This document shows, in pieces, positions 26,701-32,477 of a DNA stretch of 64,000 nt. The DNA is from Clostridium sp. (GTDB lineage: Bacteria; Bacillota; Clostridia; Oscillospirales; Acutalibacteraceae): contig JAISSW010000016.1 of the NCBI GenBank assembly GCA_031272895.1, positions 159,098 to 223,097 of the forward strand, read 5' to 3'. Made by a program: the position numbers and the translations under genes. Numbering within the stretch: position 1 is the first letter of the stretch; every line of letters starts with the position of its first letter. The notes beneath the pieces are model-generated. The model saw only the letters and a program-made list of their open reading frames with translations, made no database searches and was not told where the DNA came from.

Positions 26701-28304
26701 TTTTCGTCCGTTTCAGTTTCGGGGTAATAGTGGAAGTTGAATTCACTGTTAACACTATAATCGCTTTGTTGAGCCGGGGGCAAGGCAGATATTTCGGCAG
26801 CAGTGATTTCGGCATAGTCATTAACCATTGCACGAATATCCGGCTCCAAAATGGCGAACGAACACAGCGACAAAACCTTAACCATGTTGGTGTTATAGTT
26901 AACCCAAGCAGTAGTATCGGCAGTCGCCAAGCTATTGTCCGTAAGGTATGTGTCAAGGTCCGTCCTATCCTGGGCGGAATAGGTCGCAGAATTATAGCCA
27001 TTGGTGTAATTGGCTGTGAAGTTGTTAATCGCGGCGGTAAAGCCGGTTGTAACAACATCTCCGTTAACGTCCGTCGTGGCTGTAAAACCGTCAATCAACC
27101 CGGCGTTTACGTCCTGAGCCAACGGCCATTGGTCGCTAAGGTTTGGTGTGAAATTAAACGCCGCCGTGTTGGACGGAGTCGTTGCGGTCAGCACACCCGT
27201 AGCGCCTTGGAAGTACTTATAGTAATTATAGAGATTTTCAATGCGAGCAGCTTTCGTTATGGCGTTGTTTAGGTTGGTGATTGCCGCATCAACATTGGTG
27301 TAGTTTGCGGAACCGAAGAAATGCCCAAGCAGAGTGTCGCGCTCACTTGCAGCAACACCTGTTGCGCCCGTGATTGCAGTCTTTGCAGCGTTCAATTCCG
27401 TGCGGATATCCCACAAGGTGGTTTCGCCGTTAATTACATAATCGCCAACCAAGGCTTCAATTTCGTCGCTTGTGTCAACCTGGTCATAGTTTGCGGTGTT
27501 GGTTTTCCAAGTTGTCAGTGCGTCCTTAATCCCCTTGATATTTGTCGTGGTTACCGAGGCCGTGGGCCGCTCCGACATTGTTATGCCGCTTGCACGGCCG
27601 CCCCTAACCCTGTAATTTAAAAGTCCAACGTATCTCCACCAATACCATTGTTGTTGCAGAGCTGATGTTGGGCCAACAGACATACTTGCGGCAGTGTCTA
27701 TTGTGTCCGTCAAGGTGGTCCAATCCGAAACGGTCGTTATGATGTCCACCGCGGTATATGGACCCGCAGAGTAGCTGCCGCCGTTTTGGCTACTAACCGT
27801 CGGATAGTTCGGATAGCTCGGGCTCGCGCCGGTTTTAGCGTAATACCTCGTACTGCTTTCAGAATAGGCGGCAAGCGGAGTAGTTCCCGTATCGGCGGTA
27901 GAATCATTAGCTCCCGTCGCCGCTTGGAGGATTGCCTGCACCTGGGCAGCCGTTGCCCCCGCAACAGTCGTGCCCTTCAGGGCTTGGTAAATCAGCTTTG
28001 GCGTATAGTTTGTTCCGGCAGTTTTTGTCGCCGAAGCACCGTCGCTCGTTTCAGCACCTTGCGCCGGGTAAACCGAATACGCCAGCTTTGTCCAAGTCAT
28101 GCTGTCCATTGCCCTTGCCAAGGCTGCGGCAATTTTTAAGTTCAGTTGTGCTGCGGCGTCAGGTGTGGCCGCAACAGCGTCATCCTTCAGCACCGCCGGC
28201 AGGGCCAGCAGCGGCACAACGCACACAACCGCGCTGAGTACCATGAGTATGCTCAGCAGCAGACCTAAGGTGCGCCGTGGCAACTTGCGTAGGGTTCTTT
28301 TCAT
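20793..28304 (-). CDS. Giant (2503 aa) predicted envelope protein of unknown function, with an N-terminal signal/anchor and a C-terminal hydrophobic tail
   Basis: A single uninterrupted 7.5-kb ORF with RBS AAGAGG. The N-terminus is MKRTLRKLPRRTLGLLLSILMVLSAVVCVVPLLALPAVL, a basic n-region followed by a long hydrophobic stretch. The last 21 aa are FGFIQLFLTLIAWVKKIFGLFA. The composition is rich in T/N/D/A/L/Y. I recognise no known domain, no LPXTG signal and no cell-wall-binding repeat. Confidence 0.8.
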   Translation of the reverse strand: MKRTLRKLPRRTLGLLLSILMVLSAVVCVVPLLALPAVLKDDAVAATPDAAAQLNLKIAAALARAMDSMTWTKLAYSVYPAQGAETSDGASATKTAGTNYTPKLIYQALKGTTVAGATAAQVQAILQAATGANDSTADTGTTPLAAYSESSTRYYAKTGASPSYPNYPTVSSQNGGSYSAGPYTAVDIITTVSDWTTLTDTIDTAASMSVGPTSALQQQWYWWRYVGLLNYRVRGGRASGITMSERPTASVTTTNIKGIKDALTTWKTNTANYDQVDTSDEIEALVGDYVINGETTLWDIRTELNAAKTAITGATGVAASERDTLLGHFFGSANYTNVDAAITNLNNAITKAARIENLYNYYKYFQGATGVLTATTPSNTAAFNFTPNLSDQWPLAQDVNAGLIDGFTATTDVNGDVVTTGFTAAINNFTANYTNGYNSATYSAQDRTDLDTYLTDNSLATADTTAWVNYNTNMVKVLSLCSFAILEPDIRAMVNDYAEITAAEISALPPAQQSDYSVNSEFNFHYYPETETDENSWWGANWDLPYPAGTPVADQDKYVSTNQIGVLSLQANTYQAVLNGLGSDVGTLFPFYLKMSSIYNRLNAEVQYRKVHEATWYSLRNDFLSMGITAAQAKLANDATLISNFAAADAKYTEYKTAKAAAYADSKMTAELNQEIWYIYDSVNSAWISYEDYYIMPNVLGSNGGELASRFAEQVSNAMSVYFDLEASNLIQFTDGTIRVSPTNAAPLLMAINAIKASLYNGLLNTTYREEYINAITPLTAPTLFGAPYTDVARNVINDYLFLLNKVKPLVQDYENNPEKYWITNNADSPAGSGNYVDRTPKADDLVDNHEYLVTEDKINDVVAKLDDLLGSNGDVKAIFDLLKVDTSNPESMLYGVDTTNVSTILQGILENQLYSNKMVNTLMLFLYPLVLAKFEDAFSGIASPSLLEGNDGLTLEIFNLHDILANKAKAALNTNTIQDLRLYPDLVADAMGSSEFPAIYNALKKLGPDNFTLAGGGTYTAQAPYTDLHGSLFVKSNAQGGVSGYVPGTINKANGGIWHDSSIWTPTIDSLGRQVYTTDPLNPPPAGVTEYDYANPSNPNNAYFQKAGELVFDWGIDSLAGSTRVAQFKKALAAALSGLLPLLKTMMAGTEYYAFHDNIGSLTGSVKQGDFTIPFNLNAMYSPMGDTVNGSTTAAGGIYIELQIPAMSLYNELLAPIFEVLAGTATGAGTIYDSIPTQSTLQSQTNYGKPIGHVTKVYATATDGDGSSGNFLGGVSYGQVAGSAGQSNPPGVKGQFYKYVTGKSNYTYNQSSVLTASKNIVNAILNPIDAYIQQLGAAPVSKLLELLPNLLYAFDRDRISSLLDGIILELNVDIDGWIRMGSFSACSVLQSTPDIPDGSMKHGIHIWIQGSGLAASQQAYEESHNKIMPDPLIIPGIDLSSVINGVLDGLGLDLGNFNSVLALFGGAAAYVPDLTDIETYGTIRSSATDIAGATILPTKRTDTLNNSQPRHYITADKADVLYTLLTRVLNDSYMRDIGLNLSIPDSEEAIAAVTELMIPSADYAAYTIGYTPGIVQAPYTFNATHPLSQAEGQAILDMILTALTGGELMDVNALVNDLLDGKVYTTDIFNKVKDLLLKYVGPASPIADYLPLVAELLPEIDLDQYNTWTYTSGGTFWTGIGNGDDQIDDKAEFQAALGKLVSPIAPLLYTMLFNKDLGVLDDTIIIPGYNGYENGLIPLLEGLTLTTNLQSATAVKALYDGTAAGNEAFVNAILAPVFDSLAVIAADPIGELLDRLPQMVFFLASDTALSDALKNTLETLLVLLDTVRPLYNTSDLINSYVDMLSLDGILGMLKDEGLLVVKGVDLTTVVDADLVKALVVGTITDTASVSTTAKVQCKSAVRTGYYPKLSTSQVEYFFSVLLNLVDALNTTEGLDLVYQFLGDQQIVDIVAEVLGNIQGDPDVVLDALYHLMYGPDGVFTFNTPITYGDAEGFTLDSQIRDEWWTQEHIDYTYAHADDFLNKVFKILFGKPFGSVQATIDDVIEEEESILTDLLGNALYTQSNFDMIVDLVKDYIPTIRNINVGGKSLAELLKDLVAVSNATQGTIQSLDLDVILAPFENYTSGSIVVNDETSFVNGLVQLLEPAIPVVDLLLSSSKLHAVKADSSTYIINIFGADGYKVALVPILEAFVVGLGEDKLTEVVDPATFATLDGEGQIRAILQPILYAVEQILANPTVNIFKVLPNLLYFAETNLNTCIDKLLEPVNYVLSEVNKLYFVTDPIDVALDIPALLDDVLQGLGLGLTYDALRAVVAGDETVYTSASGAAPALYIKTDSVNEAYMLTALLRLVLVSVAGTQVNVDTIMATLADNGLKEPMYSAIKQTLEDILVFITTYHKSDITGKTTYGVDVALNALFVLCFGLDTKVITPAYNKWQSLNTAIKNAYQRLLSSNSYDQAYAKNAEAFANKYFKAVVTPSEGIAQFGFIQLFLTLIAWVKKIFGLFA

Positions 28305-28495
28305 TGTTGTTACCTCTTTTCTTAGATTATATTGCCTGAGTTTGGAATGTGAATTGGTGCCGTGTTACGGCGGTTTGCCTGCAATCATGTGTTATCAAAC
28401 CCCATTTCTTTATATTTGCCATTGGTTTAGCCGATTTTGGGATAGCGGTTTCCCCGCAATACCGAGTAAAGGGGCATAGCTCCCCCCTATGGGGT

Positions 28496-28524
28496 AATGA
28501 TAGCACTCAAATCCCGCGAAGTCA
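28496..28524 (-). promoter_or_regulatory. Candidate sigma-A promoter of the giant gene (TTGACT-17 bp-TATCAT)
   Basis: On the minus strand the sequence reads TTGACTtcgcgggatttgagtgcTATCAT. It implies a 5' UTR of about 185 nt ahead of the ATG at 28304. Confidence 0.45.
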
Positions 28525-28535
28525 AGCCTTTTATA

Positions 28536-28562
28536 GAAAAAAAAGCGACGTTTTTGCCGCCG
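28536..28562 (-). terminator. Candidate intrinsic terminator ending dpaAB transcription
   Basis: The minus-strand RNA reads GCGGCG-GCAAAAA-CGUCGC followed by U8. The stem is short (6 bp, including one G-U pair). Confidence 0.4.
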
Positions 28563-28579
28563 CTTGTGCAATTTGCACA
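28563..28579. promoter_or_regulatory. Perfect 17-bp palindrome TTGTGCAA-T-TTGCACAA (candidate operator)
   Basis: Read directly from the sequence. Related half-sites lie at 28588-28595 (TTGCACAA), 28604-28611 (TCGTGTAA), 28631-28638 (TTACACAA) and 28679-28686 (TTGTGTAA). Confidence 0.4.
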
Positions 28580-28617
28580 AATGTCATTTTGCACAAAAAG
28601 TTTTTCGTGTAACGTCC

Positions 28618-28632
28618 GTTTTTTTTTTTTTT
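28618..28632. repeat. Homopolymeric T15 (A15 on the coding strand of the giant gene)
   Basis: Counted directly: 15 consecutive T residues. They lie between the inverted half-sites TCGTGTAA and TTACACAA. Confidence 0.95.
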
Positions 28633-28773
28633 TACACAAAAGATATTCGCTCGAAATTTTATTTTTCCGCTAAAGAAATTTGTGTAACCCGATTTTTACC
28701 ACTTGTAAACGGTTTTTATTCAATTTGCCCTAAAAACTTTGTCACATGGCGTTCATTTTTCCTCAATCTGCCC

Positions 28774-29346
28774 TCACTTTTTTGCCAACAGGGGCTGAAT
28801 TTGCCTGCCAAGCAGGGCTTGCTCCAGCGCTTGGGCAGTTTGACCAAAGTCCGCCACCAAGGAGCGGGGCTTGCCCTGTGCGTCGTCCTGCCCGAATGGT
28901 ATAAAATATATGTTTCGCGCGTTCAGCAGGCGTCCAAGGCTCTGTGCGCTGCCGCTCAAGCCGTCGTTGGTCGCTACGCCTATCAGCACGGGGCGCTCAT
29001 TGCGCAGCTGTGCCTTGGCCGCCATGGTTACGGCCGTGTCGGTTATCCCCCTTGCCAGCTTGCCGAGGCTGCCGCCTGTGCAGGGCGCGATAATCAGGCA
29101 GTCAAACAGCCTGCCCGGACCAATCGGCTCCGCCTGAGGTATTGTGTGCCAGACCTCCTTGCCGCTGCATTTTTCCGCGCGGCTGACCCAATCCGCCGCC
29201 AAGCCGAAGCGGGTATCCAGCGAATACGCGTTGGCGGAGAATATCGCCCGCAGCTCATGCCCGGCGGCGCAAAGCTCCTCCATGACGGGAAAGACGGCGG
29301 CAAAGCTGCAAAACGAGCCTGTGACGCAAAAAGCGATTTTTGCCAT
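28774..29346 (-). CDS. dpaB: Dipicolinate synthase subunit B (SpoVFB)
   Basis: 190 aa flavoprotein-like protein (MAKIAFCVTGSFCSF..., IIAPCTGGSLGKLARGITD). It sits directly downstream of dpaA. Confidence 0.85.
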   Translation of the reverse strand: MAKIAFCVTGSFCSFAAVFPVMEELCAAGHELRAIFSANAYSLDTRFGLAADWVSRAEKCSGKEVWHTIPQAEPIGPGRLFDCLIIAPCTGGSLGKLARGITDTAVTMAAKAQLRNERPVLIGVATNDGLSGSAQSLGRLLNARNIYFIPFGQDDAQGKPRSLVADFGQTAQALEQALLGRQIQPLLAKK

Positions 29347-29369
29347 AGCGCACCCCTTCTTTTGTTTAA

Positions 29370-30254
29370 TCAGCCCGCAGAGCGCCTAAGCTCCCGCAGG
29401 ATTGAGTGAACCGTATCCGCAATAATAAGCCCCGCTGTTTTTGGCGCCGCCTTGCCCGGCAGACCCTGCGCAAGTATATAGTGCATACCAAGCCGCCTTG
29501 CCGCCTGCGAGTCAATACCAAAGGGTGCGCCCGCTATCTCTATCAGCAGGCAGGCTTTACCTAACGCGGCAAGCTGCTTTTCCCCCAAACACTGTGCCGG
29601 TATTGTGTTCACCAGCGCGTCAAAGCGGCGTGGGCTGTCGGCAAGCTCCTCCAGCGCTATCGGCTCACAGCCCTCCGCAAGCGCCTGCGCCAGGTCACGC
29701 CTTTTCCTTGCGGCTACTGCCACCCTTGCGCCTATCCCCCGCAGCACTCGGGCAAGCGCCCTTGCGCAGCGCCCATAGCCTGTGACGCAGATTGTGCAGC
29801 CTGCCACCGCCGTTTCCAGCTCCCTAAACAGGATCGCGAGCACACCCTGCGCCGTCGGCACGGCATTTGCAATAGCCGCCTCCTGGCAGGCAAGGTAATC
29901 GAACACGGCAATCCCCTTGGCAAAAAACAGCTGCCTAAGCTCCCGCGGCGGCAGACCCGCCAGCACCGTCTGACCGGGCGTAACAAGTGACACAATTTCC
30001 TTAGCCGACAGTTCTTCGTCAAAAAAATCCGCGCGCAGTATATCACGCCCCTTGGAGTTTTTAGTAAAAAGCGGCAGCACCGCGGCATCACAATGCCCAA
30101 GCGCCCCGCGCCAAGCACAGCCCTTTACAAAGCGCAGTGCTTCAAAGTCCTCCTGCGGCTCAAAGCCGCCCACAAGCGTATCATAGCCCTTTTTCTTAAG
30201 GCTCTGCGCCGCAAAAAGCATACGGCGGTCGCCGCCAAGCAGCAGCAGTTCCAT
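29370..30254 (-). CDS. dpaA: Dipicolinate synthase subunit A (SpoVFA)
   Basis: Rossmann motif VTGYGRCARALARVLRGIGARV with an N-terminal MELLLLGGDRR. I prefer the ATG at 30254 (RBS AGGGGG) over the track GTG at 30260. Confidence 0.85.
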   Translation of the reverse strand: MELLLLGGDRRMLFAAQSLKKKGYDTLVGGFEPQEDFEALRFVKGCAWRGALGHCDAAVLPLFTKNSKGRDILRADFFDEELSAKEIVSLVTPGQTVLAGLPPRELRQLFFAKGIAVFDYLACQEAAIANAVPTAQGVLAILFRELETAVAGCTICVTGYGRCARALARVLRGIGARVAVAARKRRDLAQALAEGCEPIALEELADSPRRFDALVNTIPAQCLGEKQLAALGKACLLIEIAGAPFGIDSQAARRLGMHYILAQGLPGKAAPKTAGLIIADTVHSILRELRRSAG

Positions 30255-30365
30255 TCCCACACCCCCTGCCGACAGCTTATGCTCTCACCCTCGGGCGGGT
30301 GCCGCAGTTCTATGCCCCTGCCTGTCCGCATAGACTTAACAGGACAAACTCAAGGGGGCGAAGGC

Positions 30366-31337
30366 ATGGAGAGCAGAAACTCGGAGCGTTTCCGTCAGGC
30401 AGCGGGCTTTTTGTGTCCGCGCCTTACTCAGTTGCTTTGTTCCTTAGATGAGGGGCTTCGCGGCTCGGTAAGGGAAATTCGCCTGAGGAGCGAGCGTCCC
30501 CTGCAGCTCCTTACGGGGGAGGGGCTGTTTTTTGTTGTTGACGGCAGTCTTTCCAAGACCGGGGCGGGCGCTGCCTGTGTAAGCTCCGCAGAGCTGCGCG
30601 AGTGCTTCAGCCGCCTTTGCGAATACTCTGTCCACGCGCACGGGGCAAGCATTGCCCGTGGCTTTGTTGCTGTTCGCGGCGGTCACAGGGCTGGGCTTTG
30701 CGGCACGGCAGTGCTCGCCGACGGACAAATCACTTCCCTGCGGGATATTTCCTCAATCAACCTGCGCGTTGCGGGGGAATACCCCGGTGCGGCAAACGGC
30801 CTTTTCGGACGTTTTTTTGCCCACGGCTTATGCTCCCTGCTGCTGGCGGGACCGCCCGGCTGCGGGAAAACCACCCTGCTTAGGGATTTGGCGCGGCAGC
30901 TGAGCCTTTCCGGCAGACGGGTCAGCCTGCTGGACGAGAGGGGGGAAATTGCGGCTGCGCACCGCGGCGTTCCCCAAAACGATGTCGGCTTCTCGGACGT
31001 CCTCACGGGCTATCCAAAGGGCGAGGGGCTTCAAATTGCCATTCGCTGCCTTAATCCTCAGCTTATCCTGTGCGACGAAATAGGCTCCATTGCGGAGCTG
31101 CGCGCCATGGAGGAGGGGCTGAACGCGGGTGTCAGCTTAGTCGCAAGCGCCCACGCCGGCGACGAAAAGCAGCTGTTGACCCGACCCCAGCTACGCCGTC
31201 TTTTAGGGGCGGGGATATTTGATTATATCGTGCTGCTTGGAGAACAGCCCGGCTCCGCATACCGAGTGCTTGGTGTACACCAAACGGCGCAACCCTTATT
31301 GAGGGACAACGCAGCGGAAGCAAAAACATTTTTTTGA
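30366..31337 (+). CDS. spoIIIAA: Stage III sporulation protein AA (ATPase)
   Basis: Internal ATG at 30366 (MESRNSERF..., RBS AAGGGGG). Walker A motif LLAGPPGCGKTTLLRDL. First gene of an eight-gene spoIIIA-ordered operon. The upstream part of track ORF 30093.. overlaps dpaA in antisense. Confidence 0.85.
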   Translation: MESRNSERFRQAAGFLCPRLTQLLCSLDEGLRGSVREIRLRSERPLQLLTGEGLFFVVDGSLSKTGAGAACVSSAELRECFSRLCEYSVHAHGASIARGFVAVRGGHRAGLCGTAVLADGQITSLRDISSINLRVAGEYPGAANGLFGRFFAHGLCSLLLAGPPGCGKTTLLRDLARQLSLSGRRVSLLDERGEIAAAHRGVPQNDVGFSDVLTGYPKGEGLQIAIRCLNPQLILCDEIGSIAELRAMEEGLNAGVSLVASAHAGDEKQLLTRPQLRRLLGAGIFDYIVLLGEQPGSAYRVLGVHQTAQPLLRDNAAEAKTFF

Positions 31338-31361
31338 GAGCGAAAAAGGAGGGGTATCAGC

Positions 31362-31865
31362 ATGAGGTACCTTGGGGCGGCGTTATTAGCGGCGGGTGCG
31401 GCGCTGGCGGGGCGCTGGTGGGTTGCGCGCCTGCGCGGGCGGGAGGAGTGCTTGGAGGGCTTGGTGCTTATGCTCAACCGAATGCAAACGGAGCTTGAAT
31501 ACTCCGCGCCGCCGCTTGAGGGGCTTCTTGAATGCCTTTGCGCGACGGAGCTTGGAGCTGCGTCAAGCCTTGTGCGGGTATGCAGGGAACGGCTTGCAGT
31601 ATGCGGCGACTTTCCATCGGCGTGGCGGGAGGCTGTTAAAAGAACTGCCCCGCGGCTCAACGCGGAGGACAGGGCAAGCCTGCTTGCCTTTGGGCAAGGA
31701 CTTGGCACTACGGACCTTAACGGGCAAAGGCGGGGGCTTGCGCTGTACTTGCGCCTGTTTGACGAGGCGCGGACAAGGGCAAGGAGCGAACGGGAGAAGT
31801 ATGGGGCATACCTGCCGCGGCTATCACTGCTGCTTGGGCTTTGCGGTGCGGTTTTGCTGCTTTAA
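31362..31865 (+). CDS. spoIIIAB: Stage III sporulation protein AB
   Basis: 167 aa. Its position, size and terminal TM segments fit SpoIIIAB. RBS AAGGAGGGG. Confidence 0.75.
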   Translation: MRYLGAALLAAGAALAGRWWVARLRGREECLEGLVLMLNRMQTELEYSAPPLEGLLECLCATELGAASSLVRVCRERLAVCGDFPSAWREAVKRTAPRLNAEDRASLLAFGQGLGTTDLNGQRRGLALYLRLFDEARTRARSEREKYGAYLPRLSLLLGLCGAVLLL

Positions 31866-31874
31866 GGGAGGCGC

Positions 31875-32072
31875 ATGGTGGAGCTTGATTTTGTACTTAA
31901 AATTGCGGCGATTGGGCTGATTGTCGGCGTGCTGCACCAGGTGCTTGCCAAAAACGGGCGTGAGGAATACGCCCAACTGACGGCGCTGGCGGGGCTTGTG
32001 GTTGTGCTTCTGCTGTTGCTGCCGCAGCTGCTTAGCCTGCTGGAGCAGCTGCGCGGCGCGTTTGGTTTTTAA
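31875..32072 (+). CDS. spoIIIAC: Stage III sporulation protein AC
   Basis: 65-aa two-TM protein. LKIAAIGLIVGVLHQVLAKNGREEYAQL is typical of SpoIIIAC. Confidence 0.85.
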   Translation: MVELDFVLKIAAIGLIVGVLHQVLAKNGREEYAQLTALAGLVVVLLLLLPQLLSLLEQLRGAFGF

Positions 32073-32074
32073 GC

Positions 32075-32473
32075 ATGGACGAGAGCGTGTTCAAAATCTG
32101 CGCGCTTGCGCTTGTGACTGCCGTAGCCTCGGTGCTTTTGCGGCAGTACCGCCCCGAATACGCCCCGGTGGCTGTGCTTGCGGGCATTGCGGCGGTTGCG
32201 GCTTCTGTCGTGAGCGCCCTGCCGTCGGTCAGCGGGCTGTCGCAGGCGTTTTTGGGCTTTGGCGGCTTGGACTCCGGCTGGCTGAAGCTGCTGCTTAAAG
32301 CTCTTGGTATTGCCGTGCTGATTCAAACAAGCGCCGACCTGTGCCGCGACAACGCCAACACTGCCCTTGCCGGCGTTGTGGAGCTTGCGGGCAAGCTCCT
32401 TCTGCTGACGCTCGCAATCCCCCTGCTGCGCGCCGCGGCGGAAATTGCGGTAGGCTTGATTAACGGAGGATAG
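32075..32473 (+). CDS. spoIIIAD: Stage III sporulation protein AD
   Basis: 132-aa polytopic protein. The segments KICALALVTAV and LLKALGIAVLIQTSADLCRD fit SpoIIIAD. Confidence 0.8.
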   Translation: MDESVFKICALALVTAVASVLLRQYRPEYAPVAVLAGIAAVAASVVSALPSVSGLSQAFLGFGGLDSGWLKLLLKALGIAVLIQTSADLCRDNANTALAGVVELAGKLLLLTLAIPLLRAAAEIAVGLINGG

Positions 32474-32477
32474 GTAA

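Noticed and set aside
28305-28495. Possible c-di-GMP-I (GEMM-I) riboswitch in the giant-gene leader, prompted by GGCAAACC followed by a small hairpin.
   Set aside because: Only the first half resembles the motif. I find no ACGCAAAGCC-type second element and no tetraloop/receptor arrangement. An Infernal scan would be needed to revive the idea.
28305-28773. Invertible promoter (inverton) upstream of the giant gene.
   Set aside because: No long inverted repeats (15 bp or more) flank the promoter, only short 8-mer half-sites. No recombinase gene is present in the window.
28564-29409. 281-aa plus-strand ORF that starts in the AT-rich region and runs through dpaB.
   Set aside because: It is antisense to a confidently identified dpaB, has no RBS and has a junk-like composition. 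The AT-rich part is better explained as regulatory DNA.
30255-30365. Sigma-K promoter for dpaA (CATAAGCTG at 30273-30281) and a full sigma-E promoter for spoIIIAA.
   Set aside because: The sigma-K-like -10 would place the TSS inside the RBS of dpaA. The sigma-E candidate has only a -10-like CATAGACT without a convincing -35. They are reported only as a remark and not as features.
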